Both the position numbers and the translations under genes were made by a program. From Candidatus Methylomirabilota bacterium (lineage in GTDB: Bacteria > Methylomirabilota > Methylomirabilia > Rokubacteriales > CSP1-6): a DNA stretch of 50,530 nucleotides. The notes under the pieces are model-generated. The model had not been told where the DNA came from and did no database searches. It saw only the letters and a list, made by a program, of their open reading frames with translations. Of this stretch, positions 36,186 through 45,886 are shown piece after piece (positions within the stretch are counted from its first letter, which is position 1; every line of letters begins with the position of its first letter). The stretch is from NCBI GenBank assembly GCA_035649755.1, contig DASRIY010000474.1:1-50530 (forward strand). The letters are read 5' to 3'.

Positions 36186-37738
36186 ATCGAGACCTGCTCG
36201 AGCTTGCGCCGCCCCATGTACACGATGTCGAAGAGCAGACGCGTGAAGAAGTACGCGGTGAAGAGGCTCGCCCCCAGACCGATGAACAGCGAGACGCCGA
36301 AGCCTTTGACGGAGCTGGTGCCGAACGACAAGAGAATGATCGCCGTCCCCATGACCGTCAAATGCGTGTCGACGATCGTCCGGAACGCGCGCCGGAATCC
36401 GGACTCGATGGCGGACCGCGGCGACTTGCCGAGCCGCAATTCCTCGCGGATTCGCTCGAAGATCAGGATGTTCGTGTCCACCGCCATCCCGATCGTGAGC
36501 GCGATGCCCGCGAGGCCCGGCAGGGTCAGGGTCGCGCGGATGGCCGCCATGAACGCGAACAGCATCAGGAGGTTCAGGCCAAGCGCGATGTCTGCGATGA
36601 GCCCGGAGAGCCGGTAGTAGACGAGCATGAAGACGAACACGACGACCGCCGAGGCGGTGATGGCGATCAGCCCCTGCCGGATGGAATCGGCGCCGAGCGA
36701 CGGGCCGACCGTGCGCTCCTCGAGGAGCACCACCGGCGCCGGCAGGGCGCCGGCGCGCAGCACGATGGCCAGGTCGCGCGCGTCGTCGACCGTGAAGTGG
36801 CCGGTGATGACCGCGCGGCCGCTCGGGATGCGCTCGTTGATGCGCGGCGCCGAGTACACGTTGCCGTCGAGGATGATCGCCAGACGCTTGCCGACGTTCT
36901 GCTCGGTGAGCTCGCCGAAGATGCGGGTGCCGGCCGAGGTGAACTCGATGGATACCTGCCAGTTGCCGAGCGAGTTCGGATCAGCCTGCACCTCGGCGCG
37001 CGTCAGCTCGGCGCCGGTGAGCAGCGTCCGCTTCTGGACTACGTAGGGCACCTTGCGCTCGACTTTGGTCTGCTTGTCGAGCTCGCGCCCGTACAGAAGC
37101 TCGGAGCTCTCCGGAAGCTGGCCGGCCTGCGCCTGATCGACCGATGTTTGATCGTCGAGCATCTTGAACTCGAGGAGCGCAGTCTTGCCGATGAGGGCCT
37201 TCGCACGCGCCGGATCCTGGATTCCCGGCAGCTGGATCAGGATCTGGTCGGCGCCCTGGCGCGTGATGGTCGGCTCGGCCACGCCGAACTGATCGACGCG
37301 GTTGCGGATCGTCTCGAGCCCCTGGCGGACGGCGTCGTCGCGCAGCTGGGTGATCTGCCGGTCGACCATCACGAGCTTGAAGCGGCCGGCTGCCTGGTTC
37401 TCGTCGCGCCGCGTGAACGTGGAGAACTCGGCCACCGCGGTCAGCGCGTCGTTCCACGACTGCGGGCTGGCCAGCTCCACCTGGATCGTCGAGTTGCCCT
37501 CGCGCGCGACCCGCTGAACGCCGATGCCCTTCCGCTCGAGGGCCTTCTTGATGTCCTCCGCCGTGCGGTCGGTCTGGCTGGCGACGTGCTTGTCCGCCTC
37601 CACGCCGAGCATGAGATGGATGCCGCCCTGCAGGTCGAGACCGAGGTTGAGGGCGTGCTTGAGCGGGTACAGGTACCAGATCGAGACCGCCACCACGAGC
37701 AGGACGAACGCGATCCGCACCCGGAGGTGCCTAGGCAT
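36182..37738 (-). CDS. secD: Protein translocase subunit SecD
   Basis: LGLDLQGG, RVDQFGVAEP, LRAGALPAP and GMAVDTNILIFERI. Confidence 0.95.
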   Translation of the reverse strand: MPRHLRVRIAFVLLVVAVSIWYLYPLKHALNLGLDLQGGIHLMLGVEADKHVASQTDRTAEDIKKALERKGIGVQRVAREGNSTIQVELASPQSWNDALTAVAEFSTFTRRDENQAAGRFKLVMVDRQITQLRDDAVRQGLETIRNRVDQFGVAEPTITRQGADQILIQLPGIQDPARAKALIGKTALLEFKMLDDQTSVDQAQAGQLPESSELLYGRELDKQTKVERKVPYVVQKRTLLTGAELTRAEVQADPNSLGNWQVSIEFTSAGTRIFGELTEQNVGKRLAIILDGNVYSAPRINERIPSGRAVITGHFTVDDARDLAIVLRAGALPAPVVLLEERTVGPSLGADSIRQGLIAITASAVVVFVFMLVYYRLSGLIADIALGLNLLMLFAFMAAIRATLTLPGLAGIALTIGMAVDTNILIFERIREELRLGKSPRSAIESGFRRAFRTIVDTHLTVMGTAIILLSFGTSSVKGFGVSLFIGLGASLFTAYFFTRLLFDIVYMGRRKLEQVSI

Positions 37739-38063
37739 CCTTTTCGCCCTGCCCCGCCACGACGCGGCCGATGGCGGAGCGGTCGAATTCGAGCTTGACC
37801 TGATCGGCCACGCGCAAAACGACGGTGTGCTCGCTCAGCGATGTGACGGTCCCGTGCATCCCGCTGGTCGTCACCACACGGTCGCCACGCTTCATCGCCG
37901 CCAGCATCCGCTCGCGCTCCTGCTTCTGCTTCTGCTGCGGACGGAGCAGGAGAAAGTAGAAGATGGCGAACATCGACGCCACCATGATGATGGTGGGCAG
38001 CATGCTTTGCGCGCCGCCGCCCGGCGGCGCCGAGGCCGCGTAGGCGAGATCAGGAAAGAGCAT
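37731..38063 (-). CDS. yajC: Preprotein translocase subunit YajC
   Basis: FYFLLLRPQQK and GDRVVTTSGMHG; lies between tgt and secD. Confidence 0.93.
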   Translation of the reverse strand: MLFPDLAYAASAPPGGGAQSMLPTIIMVASMFAIFYFLLLRPQQKQKQERERMLAAMKRGDRVVTTSGMHGTVTSLSEHTVVLRVADQVKLEFDRSAIGRVVAGQGEKDA

Positions 38064-38086
38064 CGACTCGGACGCCTCCGGAGACG

Positions 38087-39214
38087 TTAATCGCGCGAAA
38101 CATCAACGGATGATACTGCATAACGCGCGAAAAACCGAGCCTGGAATGCCCCGAAGGCGCCCGCCGCGATCGCCGCGCGCATGTCGCGCACGAGCCGAAG
38201 GAAGAACGTCACGTTGTGGAGCGTGAGCAGCCGATACGCGAGGAGCTCGCTCGACATGAACAGGTGGCGCAGGTACGCGCGCGAGAAGCCGCGGCACGCG
38301 TAGCACGCGCATTCGCCGTCCAGCGGCGCGCTATCCTTCGCGTAGCGCGCCTGCTTGAGCGTCAGGGGCCCGTCGGCGGTGAAGGCCTGGCCGTTTCGCG
38401 CGTTGCGCGTGGGCAGCACGCAGTCGAACATGTCGACGCCGCGCGCCACCGACGCGACGAGATCCTCCGGCTTGCCGACGCCCATGAGATAACGCGGCTG
38501 GTTCGCCGGCAAGAGGCCGGCCAGCAGCGCGGTCAGGTCGTACATCATGGGCTTCGGCTCGCCGACGGCGAGGCCCCCGATGGCGTAGCCGTCGAAGCCG
38601 AGGTCGATGGTGGCGCGCGCCGCCTCCGACCGCAGCGCCTCGTCGGTCCCGCCCTGAACGATGCCGAACAGCGCCTGGCCCGTCGCGCCCGCCGCGTGGG
38701 CCGCCTTCGAGCGCGCGGCCCACGCGAGCGTCAGGGCGAGCGAGCGCTCGGTGGCCTCGCGGGTCGCCGGATACGCGAGGCATTCGTCGAGCGGGTGGAT
38801 GATGTCCGCGCCCAGCGCTTGCTGGACCTCGATGGCGATCTCCGGCGACAGGAAGTGAGTGGAGCCGTCGATGGCGGAGCGGAACTCGGCGCCGGCCTCG
38901 GTGATCTTGCGGAGCTTCGCGAGGCTGAAGACCTGGAATCCACCGGAGTCGGTGAGGATCGCGCCGTCCCAGCCCATGAAGCGATGCAGCCCGCCGAGCT
39001 CCTTCACCAGGTCGTGACCCGGCCGGAGAAAGAGATGGTACGTGTTGGCGAGGACGATCTGGGCGCCGGCCGTGTGGAGGTCGTCCGGCCCCAGCGCCTT
39101 CACGGTCGCGTGCGTGCCCACCGGCATGAACATCGGCGTGTCGACGACGCCGTGGGCGGTCGTGAGCCGGCCGGAGCGCGCGGCCCCGTCGGTGGCGAGG
39201 AGCTCGAACTTCAC
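38087..39214 (-). CDS. tgt: Queuine tRNA-ribosyltransferase
   Basis: TPMFMPVGT, NTYHL, TDSGGFQVFSL, DMFDCVLPTR and the CxCxxC/HN Zn site. Confidence 0.96.
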   Translation of the reverse strand: MKFELLATDGAARSGRLTTAHGVVDTPMFMPVGTHATVKALGPDDLHTAGAQIVLANTYHLFLRPGHDLVKELGGLHRFMGWDGAILTDSGGFQVFSLAKLRKITEAGAEFRSAIDGSTHFLSPEIAIEVQQALGADIIHPLDECLAYPATREATERSLALTLAWAARSKAAHAAGATGQALFGIVQGGTDEALRSEAARATIDLGFDGYAIGGLAVGEPKPMMYDLTALLAGLLPANQPRYLMGVGKPEDLVASVARGVDMFDCVLPTRNARNGQAFTADGPLTLKQARYAKDSAPLDGECACYACRGFSRAYLRHLFMSSELLAYRLLTLHNVTFFLRLVRDMRAAIAAGAFGAFQARFFARYAVSSVDVSRD

Positions 39215-40245
39215 AGGAACAGCGTCGCGTCGCCGTAGGAATAGAAGCGGTAGCCCGCCCGGACCGCGTGACCGTACGCCTTCAAGACCAGTTCGCGGCC
39301 GGCAAGCGCGGCGACCAGCGCCAGGAGCGAGGAGCGCGGCAGGTGGAAGTTCGTCACCAGTCCGTTCACGACGCGCATCCGGTAGCCCGGCGTGATGGTG
39401 AGCGCCGCGGCGGCGTCGAGCACACGCACGCGGCCGTCGGCGCCGGCCGCGCTCTCGAGCGCGCGCGTCGTCGTCGTGCCCACCGCGATCACGCGCCGCC
39501 CCTCGACGCGTGCCCGGTTCACACCGTCGGCGACGTCCGGTGGGATCACGGCGCGCTCCGGCGCCACCACGTGGTCTTCGAAGGTCTCGGTCTTGACGGG
39601 CTGGAACGTACCGGGGCCGACGTGGAGCGTGAGCTCCAGGATTTCCACGCCGCGGAGCCGAAGCGCCCCGAGGACGTCCGGTGTGAAGTGAAGGCCGGCC
39701 GTCGGCGCTGCGATCGATCCGGGCGGGCGGGCGTAGACCGTCTGGTAGCGCTCGCGATCCTCGGCCGATGGCGCGGCGAAGCGGCGGATGTAGGGCGGCA
39801 GCGGCGTCTGCCCGTGCCGATCCAGCAGGCTCTCGATCGTGCCGCCGAGCGGCTCGACGACGCGCAGACCGTCCGCCTCGATGCCCACGACGCGCAGGCG
39901 CGACTCCGGCGCTTCACCGACGGTCAGCTCGACGCCCGGGCGGCACCGCCGGCCGGGCCGCACGAGCGCGCGCCAGCGGCCCTCGGCGAGGGGCGTCGCG
40001 AACAGGAGCTCGATCGATCGCCCGCCGGCGTCCCGCGCCAGGACCCGGGCCGGGATGACGCGCGAGTTGTTGACGACCAAACAGTCGCCCGGCCGCAGGA
40101 GCGCCGGGAGCTCCGCGAACGCACGGTCCTCGAAGGACGCGCGCGCGCGGTCGATCAGGAGGAGCCGGGAGGCGCCGCGCACGCTGCTCGGCGCCTGGGC
40201 GATCAGCTCCGGCGGGAGGTCGTAGTCGAGCTCCGAGAGATCCAC
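39211..40245 (-). CDS. queA: SAM:tRNA ribosyltransferase-isomerase
   Basis: PLPPYI, YQTVYA, AAPTAGLHF, TNFHLP and YRFYSYGDA. Confidence 0.96.
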   Translation of the reverse strand: MDLSELDYDLPPELIAQAPSSVRGASRLLLIDRARASFEDRAFAELPALLRPGDCLVVNNSRVIPARVLARDAGGRSIELLFATPLAEGRWRALVRPGRRCRPGVELTVGEAPESRLRVVGIEADGLRVVEPLGGTIESLLDRHGQTPLPPYIRRFAAPSAEDRERYQTVYARPPGSIAAPTAGLHFTPDVLGALRLRGVEILELTLHVGPGTFQPVKTETFEDHVVAPERAVIPPDVADGVNRARVEGRRVIAVGTTTTRALESAAGADGRVRVLDAAAALTITPGYRMRVVNGLVTNFHLPRSSLLALVAALAGRELVLKAYGHAVRAGYRFYSYGDATLFL

Positions 40246-40260
40246 GACACCCCAGTGTAG

Positions 40261-41172
40261 CTAAACGTTCTTGAGCGCCGTGCGAACCTCCCGCAGTCGC
40301 GCGAGAGAGCCGAGCACCTTCGACTGGTCGTTAATGAGGTGCCGCACGATCACGTCGGTGTACCCGAGCGCCGCCAGCGCGGTGAATCGCTCGGCGACCT
40401 CGTCGACGGTCCCCGCGATCAGGGCCGAGGGCGGTATGCCGCGGTACCCGGATGCCAGAACCCGCCCGACGACGTCCGCGGCGTCGGCGGCCGACTCGCC
40501 CACATAGATGTCGCGGCGGATGGCGACCGCGGTCGGCACGCGGCCGTAGGCCTTGCAGCGCTCGAGATAGAACGACACCTGCTTCGCCGCGTCGTCGAGC
40601 GTGAGCGAGGGTGACGCGAGCCAGCCCTCGGTGAGGCGCGCCGCGCGATCGATCGCCGGCGGCGCGCTGGCGCCCACCCAGAAGTCGACGGTCTCCGCCG
40701 GCCGCAGCGCCACGCGCGCGTCGCGGAAGACGAAGCGCCCCGACGAGCTGACGGTCTCGCCGCGGAGCAGGCGCTGGACGATCGACAGCGATTCCTCGAA
40801 GGCCGACGGACGATACTTGAGCCGCGTCCCCATGGCCGCGAACTGCGCCTCGTCGTAGCCGAGGCCGCACTGGACGATGAACCGGCCGCGCGCGATCGAC
40901 GCGAGGGTCCCGACCTGCTCGGCGACCAGGACCGGATTCCACAGGGGCAGCAGGAACAGGCAGCCGGCCGGCGCGTCGCCCCACTCGGCCAGCAGGCGGC
41001 CGAGGATCGGAACGTTCTGGTAGTAGGGCGCCGGCGTCGCATGATGGTCGCCGACGAAGAGCGAATCGAGGCCCGACTGGCGCGCGGCGGCGGCGCGCTC
41101 GATCATCCAGCGGGCGCCGTCGCGCGGGTCCTTCACGGCGTGATTGCTCGTCAGCGAGATACCGACTCTCAT
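40261..41172 (-). CDS. LLM-class flavin-dependent oxidoreductase
   Basis: ATG 41172 (MRVGISL) with SD GGGAG. DSLFVGDHH, GLGY and AIDRAARL. Confidence 0.85.
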   Translation of the reverse strand: MRVGISLTSNHAVKDPRDGARWMIERAAAARQSGLDSLFVGDHHATPAPYYQNVPILGRLLAEWGDAPAGCLFLLPLWNPVLVAEQVGTLASIARGRFIVQCGLGYDEAQFAAMGTRLKYRPSAFEESLSIVQRLLRGETVSSSGRFVFRDARVALRPAETVDFWVGASAPPAIDRAARLTEGWLASPSLTLDDAAKQVSFYLERCKAYGRVPTAVAIRRDIYVGESAADAADVVGRVLASGYRGIPPSALIAGTVDEVAERFTALAALGYTDVIVRHLINDQSKVLGSLARLREVRTALKNV

Positions 41173-41234
41173 GCCAGGCTCCCTTCCGGCGCAAGATTCG
41201 CGTCCCGCCACGGCGCGGGAGCGCGGCCGAGAGC

Positions 41235-41594
41235 TTAGCCGATCTTCGAGCCCGGCGCGACCGGCGAGTCCGGATGGAGCAGGATGACGTCTCCCGCGGC
41301 GTCGTAGGCGCCCAGCACGAGGACCTCGGAGAGGAACGGGCCGATCTGCTTGGGCGGGAAGTTGACGACCGCGATCACCAGGCGGCCGATCAGCTCGGCG
41401 GGACGGTAGTGCGTCGTGATCTGGGCGCTCGAGCGCTTGACCCCGAGGGGGCCGAAGTCGATCCAGAGCCGGTAGGCGGGGCGCCGCGCCTCGGGGAACT
41501 CGCGGGCGTCGGTGACGACGCCGACGCGCATGTCGACCTTCTCGAAGTCGGCCCACTGAAGCGGAGTCGCTGACCCCGCTCCGCCGCTGGCCAT
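41235..41594 (-). CDS. csaA: CsaA tRNA-binding/export chaperone (OB fold)
   Basis: ATG 41594. FEKVDMRVG, SSAQIT and VNFPPKQIGPFLSEVLVLG. Confidence 0.9.
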   Translation of the reverse strand: MASGGAGSATPLQWADFEKVDMRVGVVTDAREFPEARRPAYRLWIDFGPLGVKRSSAQITTHYRPAELIGRLVIAVVNFPPKQIGPFLSEVLVLGAYDAAGDVILLHPDSPVAPGSKIG

Positions 41595-42727
41595 CAGCGC
41601 GTGCCGATGGAGCCGAGCGTCGTCCCCGGATAGTAGTATTCGAGGATCTTCTCGGCCGTGTACCCCTGCTCCGCCATTCCCTTGGCGCCCCACTGCGACA
41701 TGCCCACGCCGTGGCCGTAGCCGCGGCCGGAGAAGCGCGCGACGCCGGCGCCGAGCGCGACCGCGAAGAGCGTCGACCTCACCGTCTCGTATCCGACCAT
41801 GCGCCGGAAGTCGTTGCCGCGGAGCTGCACCGTGCCGCGCGTCCCGCGAATCCGGAGCGTCGCCACCCGGAGCGAGGGCGTGCGCTCCGTGACCTCGATG
41901 GTCGTGACGCTGCCGACGTCGAGTCCGTTGCGCCGGAGGATCTCCGAGAGATCGGGGAGCCGCAGGTCGAGGTTCCAGTACGAGTACGGCGCGGCCATCG
42001 AGTACTCGTCGCGGATCGCCCGCAGCGCGGGCATGTTCGGCGCGCCGAACACGATGCGCGGGTCCTCCGTGTAGCCACCGCTCGCCGAGTGATAGAAGGC
42101 CGGGAACAGCTCGCCGTCCCAGAGGAGCACCTGACCAACGGTATCGCGCACCGCGGCCCAGAGCGGCGAGGACGCCGGCACCACGCCGGTGTACATCTGG
42201 TGGGCCGTCGAGGCCACGATGTGATAGGGCTTGCCGCCGTTCAGCGAGCGATGGTAGGCGGCGTAGGTCCGCGCGGCGATCGCCTGGGCGCGGAGCGTCT
42301 CGCCCGGCCACTTCTCGTTGGTCTCGGCGCGCAGGACTCCGACCAGATAATCCTCGAGGCGCAGCACGTTGACGATCGCCAGGCCCTCGCCGCTCCGGAC
42401 CACCTCGATGATCGCCGGGTACTCGCGCCCGTTGATCCGGATCGGGGACTCGCTGGCCAGGCGAAAGCCCTGGGCTCCACGCCCCTCGATCTCGACGCCC
42501 TGGCCGGTCAGGGCCGCCTTGACGGCGTCGGTACGCCAGACACGCCCCTGACACGCCGCGCAGCCGAGCTCGCTCACCTCGATGCCGGCGCCGCGGATCT
42601 CTGCCGTGCGCGCGTTCTCGACGATGGCGACGCGGATCGTGTCGCTCGTCGTCGCCACCGTCGCTACCGGCGAAAGCGGCGCGTTGGAGAGCGCCATCAG
42701 CGCCGCCGCCGCGAGGAGGCGGCTCAT
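41594..42727 (-). CDS. SpoIID/LytB domain protein
   Basis: Signal peptide, EDYLVGVL..E, AQAIAARTYA and GRGYGHGVGMSQWGA. Confidence 0.9.
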   Translation of the reverse strand: MSRLLAAAALMALSNAPLSPVATVATTSDTIRVAIVENARTAEIRGAGIEVSELGCAACQGRVWRTDAVKAALTGQGVEIEGRGAQGFRLASESPIRINGREYPAIIEVVRSGEGLAIVNVLRLEDYLVGVLRAETNEKWPGETLRAQAIAARTYAAYHRSLNGGKPYHIVASTAHQMYTGVVPASSPLWAAVRDTVGQVLLWDGELFPAFYHSASGGYTEDPRIVFGAPNMPALRAIRDEYSMAAPYSYWNLDLRLPDLSEILRRNGLDVGSVTTIEVTERTPSLRVATLRIRGTRGTVQLRGNDFRRMVGYETVRSTLFAVALGAGVARFSGRGYGHGVGMSQWGAKGMAEQGYTAEKILEYYYPGTTLGSIGTR

Positions 42728-42945
42728 CGGCGCCCGACGATATAGAGGAGCAGCGTGAGGACGACGCTCAGCACGAGCGACGTCGCGAGCGGAAAGTAGA
42801 AGGAGAAGTTCCCGCGCTCGATGTGGATGTCACCCGGCAGGCGGCCGAGCCACGGCACACGCCCGACGAGCATGATCACGACGCCCGCCAGGGCGATCAG
42901 CAGCCCGAGCGCCACGAGCGCCTTGCCGACGTCGCTGCCGATCAC
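42724..42945 (-). CDS. DUF2905 membrane protein
   Basis: LGRLPGDI and FYFPLATS; usual position downstream of ruvB. Confidence 0.88.
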   Translation of the reverse strand: MIGSDVGKALVALGLLIALAGVVIMLVGRVPWLGRLPGDIHIERGNFSFYFPLATSLVLSVVLTLLLYIVGRR

Positions 42946-43985
42946 TCGAAGAGTCCCGGCTGACCCGACCCCGCGGCGGGCGGCTGCTTGCCCAGGTGCT
43001 GGTACGCCTCGCGGGTCACTCGCCGGCCGGCGGGCGTCCGCACCACGAAGCCGATCTTCAGGAGATAGGGCTCTACCATCTCCGACAGGGTCTCGGCCTC
43101 GTCGTTGATGGTGGCGGCGATCGCCTCGAGGCCGACCGGCCCGCCGTCGTAGTGGTCGACGATCGCGCCGAGGAAGCGGCGGTCGAGCCGGTCGAGGCCG
43201 CGCGCGTCCACGCCTTCGCTGTCGAGCGCGCCGCGCGCGACGTGCTCGGTGATGGTCCCGTCGCCCTTCACCTGCGCGTAGTCGCGGACGCGGCGGAGCA
43301 GCCGGTTCGCGATGCGCGGCGTTCCGCGCGAGCGGCGGGCGATCTCCCGCGCGCCGCCGGGCTCGATCTTCGCTTCCAGGATGAGCGCCGAGCGCGTCAC
43401 GATCCGGGTCAGCTCACCCTCCGCGTAGAAATCCAGGTGGTGGAAGATGCCGAAGCGCTCGCGGAGCGGCGCCGACAGCATGCCCGGGCGCGTCGTCGCC
43501 GCGACCAGCGTGAAGGGCCGGAGCGAGTACTTCAGCGCGCGCGCGTGGAGGCCCTTGTCGATGACGAAGTTGACCGCGAAGTCCTCCATCGCGGGATAGA
43601 GCAGCTCCTCGACCGTCCGGGGCAGCCGGTGCACCTCGTCGATGAAGAGCACGTCGTTCTCGCCGAGGTTGGTGAGGATCCCCATCAGGTCGCCGCCCCG
43701 CTCGATCGCCGGCCCCGAGGTCGTCACGAGCGTGGTGCCCATCTCGTTGGCGAGGATTCCGGCCAGCGTCGTCTTTCCGAGACCGGGGGGACCGTAGAGC
43801 AGCACGTGGTCGACGCACTCGCGCCGCAGCTTGGCCGCCTCGACCGAGACGCGGAGGCTCGCGACCGCCTGCTCCTGCCCGACGTACTCGTCGAACGTCT
43901 TGGGACGCAGCTGGCGCTCGAACTGCGCCTCCTCGGGCGCCGCCACCCGGCTCAAGATCTTGCCCTCGTCGGCAGCCGCGCTCAC
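42942..43985 (-). CDS. ruvB: Holliday junction helicase RuvB
   Basis: GTG 43985. [29 protein letters not shown] and [11 protein letters not shown]. Confidence 0.96.
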   Translation of the reverse strand: MSAAADEGKILSRVAAPEEAQFERQLRPKTFDEYVGQEQAVASLRVSVEAAKLRRECVDHVLLYGPPGLGKTTLAGILANEMGTTLVTTSGPAIERGGDLMGILTNLGENDVLFIDEVHRLPRTVEELLYPAMEDFAVNFVIDKGLHARALKYSLRPFTLVAATTRPGMLSAPLRERFGIFHHLDFYAEGELTRIVTRSALILEAKIEPGGAREIARRSRGTPRIANRLLRRVRDYAQVKGDGTITEHVARGALDSEGVDARGLDRLDRRFLGAIVDHYDGGPVGLEAIAATINDEAETLSEMVEPYLLKIGFVVRTPAGRRVTREAYQHLGKQPPAAGSGQPGLFE

Positions 43986-44632
43986 TTCTTGTCTCCGCGG
44001 TAGATCTCGTCGAACAGCTCCTCGGGCGACATGATCGACGGACGGCGGCGCAGGGCATCGGTGATCAGCTGCGAGGCCTCGGACGGGCGGTGACCGAGCT
44101 GCTTGACCATGATCTCCCACACCAGCTCGCGCAGGCCGTCGGTGTCGAGAGCGCCCGGCGAGACCTCGACGGGCTCGGCGGCGGCGCCCGCGCGCGCCAG
44201 GGCGAACTTGGCGACCTTGCTCTGGAGCTGCGCCACGATGTTCTTCGCCTTCTGCGGGCCGATGCCGGGCAGGCCGCGCAGGAATTTCTCGTCCTGGCGC
44301 GCGATCGCGTCGGCCAGCTCGGCCACCGGCAGCGCCAGCGCGCGCGCCGCGACCATCGGTCCGATGTCCTTCACGGTGATGAGCTTCTCGAAGAATTCCT
44401 TGTCGAGCTCGGAGGTGAAGCCGATCAGCACCGGCCGCGGCTGATCGCGGGTCGCGTGATAGTAGACGACCAGCTCGAGCTCGCTCCCCTTCTCGCCCGG
44501 CCCCGCCGTGACGTGCTCGGTCTGGCGGAAGGCGATGGGCGGCAGGAACACCTCGTAGCCGATGCCGCCGCATTCGAGGATGATCCGGTCCTCGAGCTTG
44601 CGGCGCAGCCGGCCGGTCAAGGTCGCGATCAT
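43982..44632 (-). CDS. ruvA: Holliday junction DNA-binding protein RuvA
   Basis: MIATLTG, GIGYEV and HhH motifs ([12 protein letters not shown]); lies between ruvC and ruvB. Confidence 0.9.
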   Translation of the reverse strand: MIATLTGRLRRKLEDRIILECGGIGYEVFLPPIAFRQTEHVTAGPGEKGSELELVVYYHATRDQPRPVLIGFTSELDKEFFEKLITVKDIGPMVAARALALPVAELADAIARQDEKFLRGLPGIGPQKAKNIVAQLQSKVAKFALARAGAAAEPVEVSPGALDTDGLRELVWEIMVKQLGHRPSEASQLITDALRRRPSIMSPEELFDEIYRGDKK

Positions 44633-44642
44633 GACGGGGCAC

Positions 44643-45128
44643 TCATTGGAGCGCGCCGCCCAGGCGCGAGAATCCCGTGAGGGCCAGGGCGAGCGCGTCG
44701 GCCACGTGGGAGGGCGCCGGGAGCGCCTCGAGCTTCAGGAGCCGCCGGACCGCGTGCTGCACCTGATGCTTCGAGGCGGCGCCGTTGGCGGCCACCGCGC
44801 GCTTCACCTCGGCCGGGGCCAGCGCGAGCACGGCGACGTCGCACTGGCGCGCGGCCAGGCAGATGACGCCGCGCGCGTGAGCCATCAGCAGCGCCGTCCG
44901 CGGGAACCGATACTCGGCGTAGAGATCCTCGAGCACGAGCGCGGTCGGCCCGTGCGCGTCCAGCAGGGCGCGCACGCCGTCGTAGATCCGGTGAATCCGC
45001 GCCTCGAGCGGCAGGTCGGCGCTCGTCGAGATGACGCCCCGATCGAGCACCGCGACGCCGCCGGCGCCCGGCTCGATCAGCCCGAAGCCGGTGCCGACCA
45101 GGCCGGGATCGACGCCGAGAACCTTGAG
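44643..45128 (-). CDS. ruvC: Crossover junction endodeoxyribonuclease RuvC (no canonical start codon at the expected position)
   Basis: The frame extends upstream of the ORF-track start as (L)KVLGVDPGLVGTGFG; also VLED, ARG, EVK and ADALALA. Confidence 0.88.
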   Translation of the reverse strand, partial: LKVLGVDPGLVGTGFGLIEPGAGGVAVLDRGVISTSADLPLEARIHRIYDGVRALLDAHGPTALVLEDLYAEYRFPRTALLMAHARGVICLAARQCDVAVLALAPAEVKRAVAANGAASKHQVQHAVRRLLKLEALPAPSHVADALALALTGFSRLGGALQ

Positions 45129-45129
45129 G

Positions 45130-45882
45130 CTAAGCGGCCGAGATGGCCTCGAGAACCTCGTCGGGAATGTCGTAGTTAGCGTAGACGGACTGGACGTCGT
45201 CCAATTCCTCCAGCGCCTCGATCAGGCGCACCACGGAAGTGGCGTCCTTGCCTTCGACCCGCACCGTCGACTGCGGGACGAAGCTCACCTGGCCCTCGAG
45301 CACGGGCACCTTCGCCCGTTGCAACGCCTCGCGAACCGCGTCCATTTCAGCAGGCGCCGTGATGATCTCGAAAGCTTTTTCGGACCGGCGCATGTCGGTC
45401 GCGCCGGCATCCAGCGCCTTCGCGAGCAGGTCGTCCTCGCCGATCTTGCCGGCGTCGACCTGGACGATCCCCTGGCGCTCGAACATCCATGCGACGGCGC
45501 CCGACGAGCCCATGTTGCCGCCGTGCTTCTCGAACACGTGCCGGATCTCGGGGCCGGTGCGATTGCGGTTGTCCGTCAGCACCTGGATGAGGATGGCGAC
45601 GCCTCCCGGCGCGTAGCCCTCGTAGCTGATCTCCTCGTACGATTCTCCCGGGAGCTCACCGGTGCCCTTCTGGACCGCGCGCTTGACGTTGTCCGCCGGC
45701 ATGTTGGCTTCCTTCGCGGACTCCATCGCTGCCTTCAGGCGCATGTTGGCCTTGGGATCGCCGCCGCCGTTCCTGGCCGCCACCGTGATCTCGCGGAGGA
45801 TCTTGGAGAAGAGCTTGCCGCGCTGCACGTCGGTCTTGCCCTTCTTGCGCTTGATCTGAGCCCACCGAGAATGCCCTGACAT
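45130..45882 (-). CDS. yebC: YebC/PmpR family protein
   Basis: MSGHSRWAQIKRKK, YEGYAPGG, TDNRNRT and DDVQSVYAN. Confidence 0.95.
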   Translation of the reverse strand: MSGHSRWAQIKRKKGKTDVQRGKLFSKILREITVAARNGGGDPKANMRLKAAMESAKEANMPADNVKRAVQKGTGELPGESYEEISYEGYAPGGVAILIQVLTDNRNRTGPEIRHVFEKHGGNMGSSGAVAWMFERQGIVQVDAGKIGEDDLLAKALDAGATDMRRSEKAFEIITAPAEMDAVREALQRAKVPVLEGQVSFVPQSTVRVEGKDATSVVRLIEALEELDDVQSVYANYDIPDEVLEAISAA

Positions 45883-45886
45883 CGTC

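Noticed and set aside
41185-41212. Possible sigma-54 promoter upstream of the LLM gene (TGGC...TTGC)
   Set aside because: GG-N10-GC spacing is not met (GA at the -24 position).
3375-44642. ORF-track N-terminal extensions implying fusions (boxB, boxC, hcrA, GNAT, UbiD, LLM, csaA, ruvB)
   Set aside because: The extensions overlap upstream genes in another frame. Internal starts give family-typical lengths and stop/start coupling.
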